A stretch of 64,000 nucleotides of DNA, taken from NCBI GenBank assembly GCA_965247115.1, contig CBDFGR010000003.1, forward strand, positions 1,888,001 through 1,952,000, given 5' to 3'. Source of the stretch: Myxococcota bacterium (GTDB lineage: Bacteria; Myxococcota_A; UBA9160; SZUA-336). Made by a program: the position numbers and the translations under genes. This document shows positions 1 to 7,448 of this stretch, in pieces. How positions within the stretch are numbered: position 1 is the first letter of the stretch; the number at the start of each line of letters is the position of its first letter. The notes beneath the pieces are model-generated. The model was given only the letters and a program-made list of their open reading frames with translations. It did no database searches and had not been told where the DNA came from.

Positions 1-157
1 CCGTCTCACCCCCTCTCGCCTCGAGTCCACCGACTTCCGCTTCACCCACCCCAAGCTGGAAGAAGCCCTGAGCTCCCTACTGACCCCACCCCGCCCACCC
101 CCCCCCCGCACTCGACTCGCGACTAGAATAGAAAGCTCGACTAAGCACTGTCGTTGA
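1..157 (+). CDS. 3' end of probable TIGR01777/YfcH-like NAD-dependent epimerase family protein (partial)
   Basis: Frame 2 reads RLTPSRLESTDFRFTHPKLEEALSSLL, matching the family C-terminal P-x-RL-x-x-x-x-F-x-F-x-x-P-x-LEEAL pattern. The exact stop is uncertain because of the C10 run at 98-107. Confidence 0.55.
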   Translation, partial: RLTPSRLESTDFRFTHPKLEEALSSLLTPPRPPPPRTRLATRIESSTKHCR

Positions 158-194
158 GTTCGGTCCGCCTTGTCCGATGCCGGCCAGGCAAGGA

Positions 195-306
195 GTCGGA
201 GGCCGGGCACGTCCCCCGACGGACTGTGGTAGCGGTACCCGAGGCGAGCAGGCCCTCTGTGCACGCAAGGAGCGGAGTCCGCCGGGGGACGTGCCCGGCC
301 TCCGAC
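195..306. repeat. 31-bp inverted repeat (1 mismatch) with 50-nt spacer between convergent genes
   Basis: GTCGGAGGCCGGGCACGTCCCCCGACGGACT (195-225) pairs with AGTCCGCCGGGGGACGTGCCCGGCCTCCGAC (276-306). Confidence 0.9.
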
Positions 307-328
307 GGCGTGGCGCCGGGCCCTGGCT

Positions 329-889
329 CTAATGAACCCCGCTAGCTGGAACGAGGGCGCTCGGGTCGATATTGAGCCTGCGGAGTGCGGCCTCCCACAT
401 CTCGTCGTGCGGCGTGGCAAAGATCAAGTCGGCAGAGGCATCCGACAGCAGCCAGGAGCCCTCTGCGAGCTCGCCCTCGAGCTGGCCCGCCTCCCAACCC
501 GCGTAGCCCAGCATGAAGCGGATTCGTTCGGGCGGCTGCTCGGCCAGCTGACCCAGAACTTTGGCGGAGGTAGAGATCGCCAGGCCGGGGGTCAGTCGGA
601 GCGTGTCCTTGGCATCGGTCCCACTCACAGGCTCATGCAGCAGCCAGCCCGTCTCCGGCCGTACGGGTCCGCCGCAGAAGACGAGGGCGTCCGGGTCCCC
701 GTTCCAGCCGATCTCGAGGTGATGCATCACCGTGCTGACGCGCGTGTCTACTGGCCGGTTGACCACCACACCGAACGAGCCCAACCCGTTCTGGTGCTCG
801 ATCATCAGCACCACAGTGCGATGGAAGTTCGGATCTACCAGCTGAGGCATGGCGAGCAGCAGCCCCGGGGCGATGGTCTGGTGGCTCAT
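329..889 (-). CDS. YqgE/AlgH family protein (UPF0301)
   Basis: Motifs LLLAMPQLVDPNFHRTVV, GVVVNRP, GGPV, GYAGWEAGQLEGEL..GSW. ATG at 889. Confidence 0.92.
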   Translation of the reverse strand: MSHQTIAPGLLLAMPQLVDPNFHRTVVLMIEHQNGLGSFGVVVNRPVDTRVSTVMHHLEIGWNGDPDALVFCGGPVRPETGWLLHEPVSGTDAKDTLRLTPGLAISTSAKVLGQLAEQPPERIRFMLGYAGWEAGQLEGELAEGSWLLSDASADLIFATPHDEMWEAALRRLNIDPSALVPASGVH

Positions 890-1001
890 CCCGTGGTCCT
901 TCCAGGGCGAGTTTATCGCGAGCGGTCCGGCACTGCCCGGGCCCTGGACGGTCGAGGATCGGCGCCTGACGCGAGGCCCGTGCGCCGCTACTCTGGCCGG
1001 C

Positions 1002-2315
1002 ATGTCGGAGCTCGTGCGCGACTTGATCGCGTTCATCGATGCGTCCCCCACGCCCTACCACGCGGTGGCGGAGTCTGCGCGGCGTTTGCAGGCTGCAGGC
1101 TATCGGCTCATGGGGGAAGACGAGGTCTGGGATCTGTCGCCGGGAGATCGCCGCTTCGCGATTCGGGGAGGAGGCAGTCTGATCGCCTTCGAGGTAGGCT
1201 CGGAGTCCCCCGCGAGCGGTGGCTTCCGGATCATCGGGGCGCACACGGACTCGCCGAACCTGCGGCTCAAGCCGCTTGCCGACGTCTCTGCGCACGGCTA
1301 CCGCCAGCTCGCGGTCGAGACCTACGGTGGTCTCTTGCTCCACACCTGGCTCGATCGGGATCTCTCGATCGCGGGCCGGGTCACGCTGCGGGACGGCCCC
1401 GCACCCAGGACGGAGCTGCTCGACTTCGCGCGGCCCCTGCTTCGAATACCCAACCTCGCCATCCATCTATATCGAGAGGTGAAGAGCGAAGGACTCAAGC
1501 TGAACGCGCAGCAGCACGGGGTTCCGGTTGCCGGGCTGGATGACGCGCCTGTCCTGGATGAGCTGGTCGCGCGGGAGCTTCGCGCACAGGACATCGCGAG
1601 TGTGGAGCCGGCCGAGATCCTCGCCTTCGATCTCATGCTGTACGATGCACAGCCCTCAGCTCTCGTAGGCATCGACGGCGCCTTCATCAGCGCGCCGCGT
1701 CTCGACAACCTTGCGTCGTGCCATGCCGGCATCTGCTCGCTCGTGAGCTGCGAGCCAGGCGCGCTGCCGCCCTTCACACGCGCGCTCGTTCTCTACGACC
1801 ACGAAGAGGTCGGCAGTCGCAGCGCGCAGGGCGCGGGAGGCACGCTGCTCCACGATGGGCTCGAGCGCATGGTCTCCGGCTTCAAGGGTGGCGAGCCGCA
1901 AGGTCTGCCGCGCGCGCTCTCGCGCTCGTTGCTGATCTCCGCCGACATGGCGCACGCGGTCCACCCGAACTACGCAGACAAGCACGAGGCTGGGCATCGT
2001 CCCGTGCTGGGCCGCGGCCCCGTGATCAAGATCAACGCGGACCAGGCCTATGCCAGCGATGGTCTCAGCGCTGGCATCTTTGCGTCGCTGTGCAGCGAGG
2101 CCGGCGTCGAGCCCCAGCACTTTGTCAGCCGCAACGACCTGCCCTGCGGGTCGACCATAGGGCCGATCAGCGCGGCCCGCGTGGGGATCTCGGCCGTCGA
2201 CGTAGGCAATCCCATGCTCTCGATGCACTCCTGCCGCGAGCTGGCGGGCAGCGCAGATGTCGAGCCCATGATCTCCGTGTTGCAGGGGTTCTACCAAGGG
2301 GGAGGTGTTCGGTGA
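1002..2315 (+). CDS. apeB: M18 family aspartyl aminopeptidase
   Basis: Motifs SPTPYHAV, GAHTDSPNLRLKP, RLDNLASC, DHEEVGS, SADMAHAVHPNY, CGSTIGP, LSMHSCRE. Confidence 0.95.
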   Translation: MSELVRDLIAFIDASPTPYHAVAESARRLQAAGYRLMGEDEVWDLSPGDRRFAIRGGGSLIAFEVGSESPASGGFRIIGAHTDSPNLRLKPLADVSAHGYRQLAVETYGGLLLHTWLDRDLSIAGRVTLRDGPAPRTELLDFARPLLRIPNLAIHLYREVKSEGLKLNAQQHGVPVAGLDDAPVLDELVARELRAQDIASVEPAEILAFDLMLYDAQPSALVGIDGAFISAPRLDNLASCHAGICSLVSCEPGALPPFTRALVLYDHEEVGSRSAQGAGGTLLHDGLERMVSGFKGGEPQGLPRALSRSLLISADMAHAVHPNYADKHEAGHRPVLGRGPVIKINADQAYASDGLSAGIFASLCSEAGVEPQHFVSRNDLPCGSTIGPISAARVGISAVDVGNPMLSMHSCRELAGSADVEPMISVLQGFYQGGGVR

Positions 2316-3205
2316 AGCACTGGCATGTTGCACTCGCGCTCGTCGCATTCGGAGCGCTACTCGGCTGTACGGGTGCGGAGACTGCGCAGCAAGGCGTGAA
2401 CGAGGCCGCGGAGGAGACGAGGGAGGCCCGGGTCGCCGACGCCAAGGAAAACCTCGAGATCCTGCGCGAGGACTACCCAGACGACCTCGAAGTCCGCGTT
2501 CAGCTCGCGGATGTGTACTATCAGGAGGCCCGCCTCGCGCTCGAGGCGGGCGATCAGGCCGAGTACCTGCGTCTCCTGGGAGCTGCGCAGGACGAGCTCA
2601 TCGCGGCGGTAGCCATCGATCCCGCGGCCGCGGCGCCGCACACGTGGATGGGGATCGTAGCCGCCTACAGGGGGGATCTGGACACGGCCGTGGAGAGCTT
2701 CCAGAACGCGAGCCGCCTCGCCCCCGTACAGGGCGTCAGCTACACGAACCTCGCGCACGTCTGGGTCTACAAGGGCAGGCTCTCCCGGGCGCGTACGCTG
2801 CTCGACAAGGGCCGCAAGCTGCGCGGCCCGCCGGACGAGATCGATCGCATCGAGATCCTGGCCGCGTGGCGCGGCGGAGACTTCATCGAGGCGCGGGACG
2901 TCTTCGACATGGCGCTCGACAACCCAGGCTTCGCGGACAGCTGGGACGGCGCGGCGCTGCCGAAGCGGATGGAGTCCTTCGACGACTTCGCGAACGTCTG
3001 CTGCGCGAATCCGTCGTGCGGTCCAAACATGGGCAGCGCGTGTCGTCTAGCGCAGATCGAGGTGGCGAAGCGCGAGCTCGAGGAGGAGACCGTCCGCCAG
3101 GAGCTCCAGCTGGAGATGGAACGCAGGCGCAAGCTCCGAGAGATCTACGAGCGCCGTCGTGACCTGGAGATCACCATCGAGGCGCCCGAAGAGGACACCG
3201 AATAG
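2312..3205 (+). CDS. TPR-repeat lipoprotein
   Basis: GTG start overlaps the upstream TGA (GTGA). Signal peptide with lipobox LLGC. TPR-like helices (AVAIDP..PHTWMGIV; ASRLAP..SYTNLAHV) and a C-terminal coiled coil. Confidence 0.75.
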   Translation: MKHWHVALALVAFGALLGCTGAETAQQGVNEAAEETREARVADAKENLEILREDYPDDLEVRVQLADVYYQEARLALEAGDQAEYLRLLGAAQDELIAAVAIDPAAAAPHTWMGIVAAYRGDLDTAVESFQNASRLAPVQGVSYTNLAHVWVYKGRLSRARTLLDKGRKLRGPPDEIDRIEILAAWRGGDFIEARDVFDMALDNPGFADSWDGAALPKRMESFDDFANVCCANPSCGPNMGSACRLAQIEVAKRELEEETVRQELQLEMERRRKLREIYERRRDLEITIEAPEEDTE

Positions 3206-3217
3206 CGGCGCGACCTG

Positions 3218-4612
3218 CTAGAGCTCTCGGAGCGACACGAGCACGGATTCGATGGTCGCTTTCGCGTCGCCAAAGAGCATCATCGTCTGCGCTTTGGTGT
3301 AGAGCGGGTTGTCGATTCCGGCAAAGCCAGGGTTCATGCTGCGCTTGCACACCATGACTGTCTTGGCGCGCTCAACGTCCAGAATGGGCATGCCGTAGAT
3401 GGGGCTCGCTGGGTTCTCGTGTGCGTCGGGATTGGTCACATCGTTCGCCCCGATGACGAGGGCCACGTCGGTGTGAGGAAAGGAGCTGTTGATCTCGTCC
3501 ATCTCCACGAGCTGCTCGTACGGGACGTCCGCCTCCGCAAGCAGGACGTTCATGTGTCCTGGCATCCTTCCCGCCACGGGGTGGATCGCGTAGCGAACCT
3601 CGACGTTCCGTTCCAGCAGCAGGTCGGCGAGCTCGCGCACTACGTGCTGGGCTTGCGCGACCGCCAGCCCGTAGCCCGGCACGATGATGACGAAGCGCGC
3701 AGCGTCCAGAATGGCGGCCGCGTCGTCCGCGGAGCCGCTCTTCACCGGGCCCGACGATCCCGCCACAAGCGCGGCCGCTTCGACGGTCTCGGCTCCAAAG
3801 GCGCCAAAGATCACGTTCGTGAGCGACCGGTTCATGGCCTTGCACATGATCCACGTCAGGATGATCCCGGAGGCGCCGACGAGCGAGCCGCTGATGATCA
3901 GCACCTGGTTCTCCAGGATGAACCCGGTCGCGCACGCGGCGAGACCGGAAGCCGAGTTCAAGAGCGAGATCACAACGGGCATGTCCGCGCCGCCGATCGG
4001 AATCACCAGCATGACTCCCAGCAGCGCGGAGACCGCGAACAGTCCCCAATAGAACTCGAGGCCCTGTGGCTGTACCGTCACCGTCACCGCGAGGACGAGC
4101 ATCCCCAGACCGAGCACCGCGTTCAGAAGCTGCTGCCCGGTGAACACCAGCGGTCGTCCTGTCATGATCTCCTGCAGCTTCGCGAAGGCCACCAGACTCC
4201 CGGTGAGGGTGACCGCTCCGATCAGCGTTCCCAGCACGATCGGGATCGAGACGATGAGAGGTGGCGCTGCGCCGGCTCCCACCTGGCGAACAAGCTCCGC
4301 CGCCGCGACCAGGGCAGAGGCGGCCCCGCCGAGCCCGTTGAATACCGCCACCATCTGAGGCATGGCGGTCATGCGCACGCGTGCTGCCGCGATGGCACCG
4401 ATCGTGCCACCGATGACGACGCCGGCCACGATTCCCCGGAAGTCCACGATCTCGTGATGGGAGAGGGTGGCGACAATCGCCACGCCCATACCCACGGCGG
4501 AGAGCAGATTCCCGCTCCGCGCGGTGCGAGGCGAGCTCAGGCGCTTGATCCCGAGGACGAACAGCACAGAAGCGACGAGGTACGCGGAGGCGATCAGAGT
4601 CTGGCCCGTCAC
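3218..4612 (-). CDS. pntB: NAD(P) transhydrogenase subunit beta
   Basis: Motifs MTAMPQMVA, IVPGYGLAVAQAQ, HPVAGRMPGHMNVLLAEA, GANDVTNP. Confidence 0.97.
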   Translation of the reverse strand: MTGQTLIASAYLVASVLFVLGIKRLSSPRTARSGNLLSAVGMGVAIVATLSHHEIVDFRGIVAGVVIGGTIGAIAAARVRMTAMPQMVAVFNGLGGAASALVAAAELVRQVGAGAAPPLIVSIPIVLGTLIGAVTLTGSLVAFAKLQEIMTGRPLVFTGQQLLNAVLGLGMLVLAVTVTVQPQGLEFYWGLFAVSALLGVMLVIPIGGADMPVVISLLNSASGLAACATGFILENQVLIISGSLVGASGIILTWIMCKAMNRSLTNVIFGAFGAETVEAAALVAGSSGPVKSGSADDAAAILDAARFVIIVPGYGLAVAQAQHVVRELADLLLERNVEVRYAIHPVAGRMPGHMNVLLAEADVPYEQLVEMDEINSSFPHTDVALVIGANDVTNPDAHENPASPIYGMPILDVERAKTVMVCKRSMNPGFAGIDNPLYTKAQTMMLFGDAKATIESVLVSLREL

Positions 4613-4905
4613 CGGTGTCTCTCATCCTTGCTCTTGAACATCCCCAGCATGCGGTTCGTGACCAGGAATCCACCGACCACATTCACGGTCGCCAGCGTCA
4701 CCGCGAGGGTTCCCAGCGCGGTGGCGAGGGCGGTGTCGCGTGCTCCGGACGCGATCAGTGCGCCGATGATCGCGATGCCGGAGATCGCGTTCGAGCCGGA
4801 CATCAACGGCGTATGCAGCGTGGGCGGCACCTTGGTGATCAGCTCGAAGCCCACGAACAGCGCGAGCACGAAGATCGTGACCACGAGGATGAAGTTGGTG
4901 TCCAT
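4609..4905 (-). CDS. pntA: NAD(P) transhydrogenase subunit alpha part 2 (membrane domain)
   Basis: Motifs VPPTLHTPLMSGSNAISG and NVVGGFLVTNRMLGMF. Start MDTNF at 4905. Confidence 0.95.
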   Translation of the reverse strand: MDTNFILVVTIFVLALFVGFELITKVPPTLHTPLMSGSNAISGIAIIGALIASGARDTALATALGTLAVTLATVNVVGGFLVTNRMLGMFKSKDERHR

Positions 4906-6053
4906 CAATCCTCCAGCGCGGCCCGCACGCCATCGTGGACGATCTTGCCTTCGCACGTGACGAGCGGGCCCCGTGTCAGCTCGTCGTCGAGGTCGAGCTC
5001 GAGCGACTCGCCCGAGAATAGGTGCAGCACGTAGTTCTGCACGTTGCGGGCAAACATGCGGCTCGAGTCCACAGGCACGGAGCTGGCGGCGTTCTCAATG
5101 CCGTGCACACGAACGCCTGCGTGTTCGATGACCTGGCCGGCCTCCGTGAGCTCGCAGTTCCCGCCATGGTCTGCCGCCAGGTCGATGATCACGGAGCCGC
5201 GGCGCATCTTCTCGACCTGGTCCCGGCTGACGAGGACGGGCGCCTGGCGACCTGGTACGAGCGCGCTGCAGATGACGACGTCCGAGTCGGCGATGTGCTT
5301 TGTCAGGAGCTCGTGCTGTCGCTGCCCCTCGGCGGCCGTCTGCCCCCGCGCGTACCCGCTTGCCTGCTCGGCATCCTGCGCAATGGCCTCCTCCGCGACG
5401 AAGCGCGCGCCCAGGCTCGCAACCTGCTCCCTGACGGCGGGGCGGATGTCGAAGGCGGCGACCACGGCCCCCAGGCGTCGTGCCGTCGCGATCGCCTGCA
5501 GACCCGCCACGCCGACCCCGATCACGAGCACGCGAGCCGGCTTCACCGTTCCGGCTGCCGTCATCAGCATCGGCATGAGCCTTGGGAGGTCGTTCGCCGC
5601 GAGCAGCACGGCCTTGTAGCCGGCGATGGTGCTCATGGAGCTCAGGACGTCCTTGTCCTGTGCCAGCGTGGTGCGCGGCATCAGATCCAGCGCAAAGCTC
5701 GTGACCCCCTTCGCCGCCAAGCGCCTCACGAGATCGTGGCGCAGGTAGGGCTCGAGGATTGCGATCAGCCGGCTCCCTTCTCGGAGCATGTCGACTTCGT
5801 GTTTGCCCGTTCCCGGGTGCTCCATCGGGGCCCGCACCTTGACGACCAGATCCGCACCTTCGTAGAGCTGCTGGACTTCGTGGACGATGCGCGCGCCGGC
5901 CTCCTCGAATTCGCCATCCGGGAAGTCCGACCCGGGAGCGCCTGCCTCCACCCAGACCGTGTGACCGGCGCCAACGAGTCGTATCACCGCCTCGGGGACG
6001 AGAGCGATGCGCCGCTCTCCGGCTGCCGCCTCCCGAGGTACAGCGATGATCAC
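4905..6053 (-). CDS. pntA: NAD(P) transhydrogenase subunit alpha part 1 (NAD-binding domain dI)
   Basis: Motifs IAVPRE..GERRIALVPE, DVLSSMSTIAGYKAV, GVGVAGLQAIATA, DLAADHGGNC. GTG start inferred. Confidence 0.95.
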   Translation of the reverse strand: MIIAVPREAAAGERRIALVPEAVIRLVGAGHTVWVEAGAPGSDFPDGEFEEAGARIVHEVQQLYEGADLVVKVRAPMEHPGTGKHEVDMLREGSRLIAILEPYLRHDLVRRLAAKGVTSFALDLMPRTTLAQDKDVLSSMSTIAGYKAVLLAANDLPRLMPMLMTAAGTVKPARVLVIGVGVAGLQAIATARRLGAVVAAFDIRPAVREQVASLGARFVAEEAIAQDAEQASGYARGQTAAEGQRQHELLTKHIADSDVVICSALVPGRQAPVLVSRDQVEKMRRGSVIIDLAADHGGNCELTEAGQVIEHAGVRVHGIENAASSVPVDSSRMFARNVQNYVLHLFSGESLELDLDDELTRGPLVTCEGKIVHDGVRAALED

Positions 6054-6202
6054 TCGAGTCGTTTCCTCCGCGAGGGCGGCCCGCTCGACACCAGCGGATG
6101 AGATGCTTCGCCCGCGCGTCGTGTGCGTCAAAACGCGCTGACCGAGGGTGCGACTACCCTAGCGACACGACTTCAGCCGCGCCATGCTTATTGTCGCCTT
6201 GT

Positions 6203-6386
6203 CTTGTGGGACCCGGCCGCGGGCGTCCGCGGCCACCCACCTCCGCTCAGGCCTGCGGCCTTCGCTGCGCGCGCCGCTCCGCGGCGCTTGCATGGGTGCC
6301 AAGCCCCGTAGGAAGTTGCCCGGTCTCCTCGGAGTCATAACTTGGGGACGGTCCTTAGTCATTACTTCTTTGGCCGAAGTCGGAGC
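6203..6386 (+). repeat. Structured dispersed intergenic repeat, copy 1 (long form)
   Basis: CTTGTGGGACCCGG..CCACCCACCTCCGCTCAGGCC..GGCCTTCGCTGC..GCTTGCA core shared with four other loci. The tail with GGGGACGGTCCTT is shared with copy 2. Confidence 0.92.
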
Positions 6387-6404
6387 TGCGGTTGCTTTGC
6401 GGAG

Positions 6405-7388
6405 TCAGTAGTAGGTCGTGCGTGTCCGGTGTCGGGGGTGGGACTTGTAGCGAGCGGCTGCGCCGCGGGACCAGAGCCAGTCGTCGAGGTGCGCGGCTGT
6501 CAACGCGCTGCCGCGGTCTCGCAGACGCGCGACCAAGAGCTCGACGGCGTGGACTGCACAGGCTCGGATTTCGATCTCTTCCGGGGATCCTGCCGGGATC
6601 TGCTCGGAGCGCTCGATGCGGGCGAGTAGGTCGTCCCGGTACTCCAGCACGCCGTCTACACGCAGCACGTGGGGCACCAGGTTGTCGGCAAAGAGTGTGA
6701 GGCGGTCCAGGTCCCTGAAGCGACCCAGACCGTCCGGCAGGGCTGTGGCCAGGTCTGCGACGCTGAGCTGTGCGCGCTTGAGGAAGGGTACGTCGAGAGC
6801 GTCGTAGCGCGCGACGTCGCGGTAGAGCGGCATCCGGAGCAACGTTCGCACCAGAGCTTCTGCGGAGCCGCTGGCGGAGGCGACAAGCTCGCCAAAGGAT
6901 CCATGGCTCTCGAGCGTGATGAGGACGCCCAGGTCCCGCCACGACTCCGCGTACAGGCGCATCAGCTCGGCGATGGGCTCGGAGGCGGGGTGCTGTCCGA
7001 GCAGGCGGGCCACGCTGCCGGCGTCCACGACGGAGAGCTCGGCTGCGGAGAGGGGTCCCAGCGACTCGAAGCGCTCACACAGGGCGGCCTCGATGGTGCG
7101 GTAGCCCGAGAGCCCGGGGCGCTTGCGCAGCGCAGGGAAGTAGCCGGAGCCGTAGTTGATCGCATCGAGGGCGAGCACATATGCCGCCAGAATCTCAGGG
7201 TCCCCGCCGACGTCGGGAAGGACTGTCACGGGATCGGCATCGAGCTCGAGCGGGAGCGCCTCCGCGTAGGCGTCCAGCCGCTCGGCCACGATGCGGACTT
7301 CGCGGGCGTACGAGGCGACCTCAGCACAGGCGCTGCGCACGGCCTCGAGTGGGTGCCTCTCTAGGTCTGCAGGTAGAGCGCGTCGCAC
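6405..7388 (-). CDS. Queuosine salvage family protein (DUF2419/Qng1-like queuosine-5'-phosphate N-glycosylase)
   Basis: Motifs LDAINYGSG, FLKRAQL, LTLFADNLVPHVLRVDGVL, EIEIRACAVHAVE and C-terminal HRTRTTYY. Start uncertain (7388 or about 7340). Confidence 0.88.
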   Translation of the reverse strand: MRRALPADLERHPLEAVRSACAEVASYAREVRIVAERLDAYAEALPLELDADPVTVLPDVGGDPEILAAYVLALDAINYGSGYFPALRKRPGLSGYRTIEAALCERFESLGPLSAAELSVVDAGSVARLLGQHPASEPIAELMRLYAESWRDLGVLITLESHGSFGELVASASGSAEALVRTLLRMPLYRDVARYDALDVPFLKRAQLSVADLATALPDGLGRFRDLDRLTLFADNLVPHVLRVDGVLEYRDDLLARIERSEQIPAGSPEEIEIRACAVHAVELLVARLRDRGSALTAAHLDDWLWSRGAAARYKSHPRHRTRTTYY

Positions 7389-7429
7389 TTCGCCGCGAAC
7401 ACGAGGTCCGCTTCGTGCAGGGTAGACAT
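7361..7429 (-). CDS. 22-aa small ORF MSTLHEADLVFAAKCDALYLQT
   Basis: Strong SD (GAGGAG/GAGGA) upstream of ATG, lying between pepN and the Q-salvage gene. Confidence 0.3.
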   Translation of the reverse strand: MSTLHEADLVFAAKCDALYLQT

Positions 7430-7448
7430 GGCCCGTCCTCTCCTCGAT

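Noticed and set aside
85..107. C-rich tract as a functional G-quadruplex or phase-variation site
   Set aside because: It lies after the conserved end of the gene, the homopolymer length is unreliable, and there is no supporting evidence.
195..306. SRP (4.5S) RNA or retron msr/msd
   Set aside because: No CAGG..GNRA..AGCA domain-IV motif on either strand, and no reverse transcriptase in the window.
332..1543. Many long alternative-frame and antisense ORFs (e.g. 332-1543, 3419-4960, 13356-15125, 17031-18902)
   Set aside because: Shadow ORFs typical of high-GC DNA. They overlap well-supported genes and carry no family motifs.
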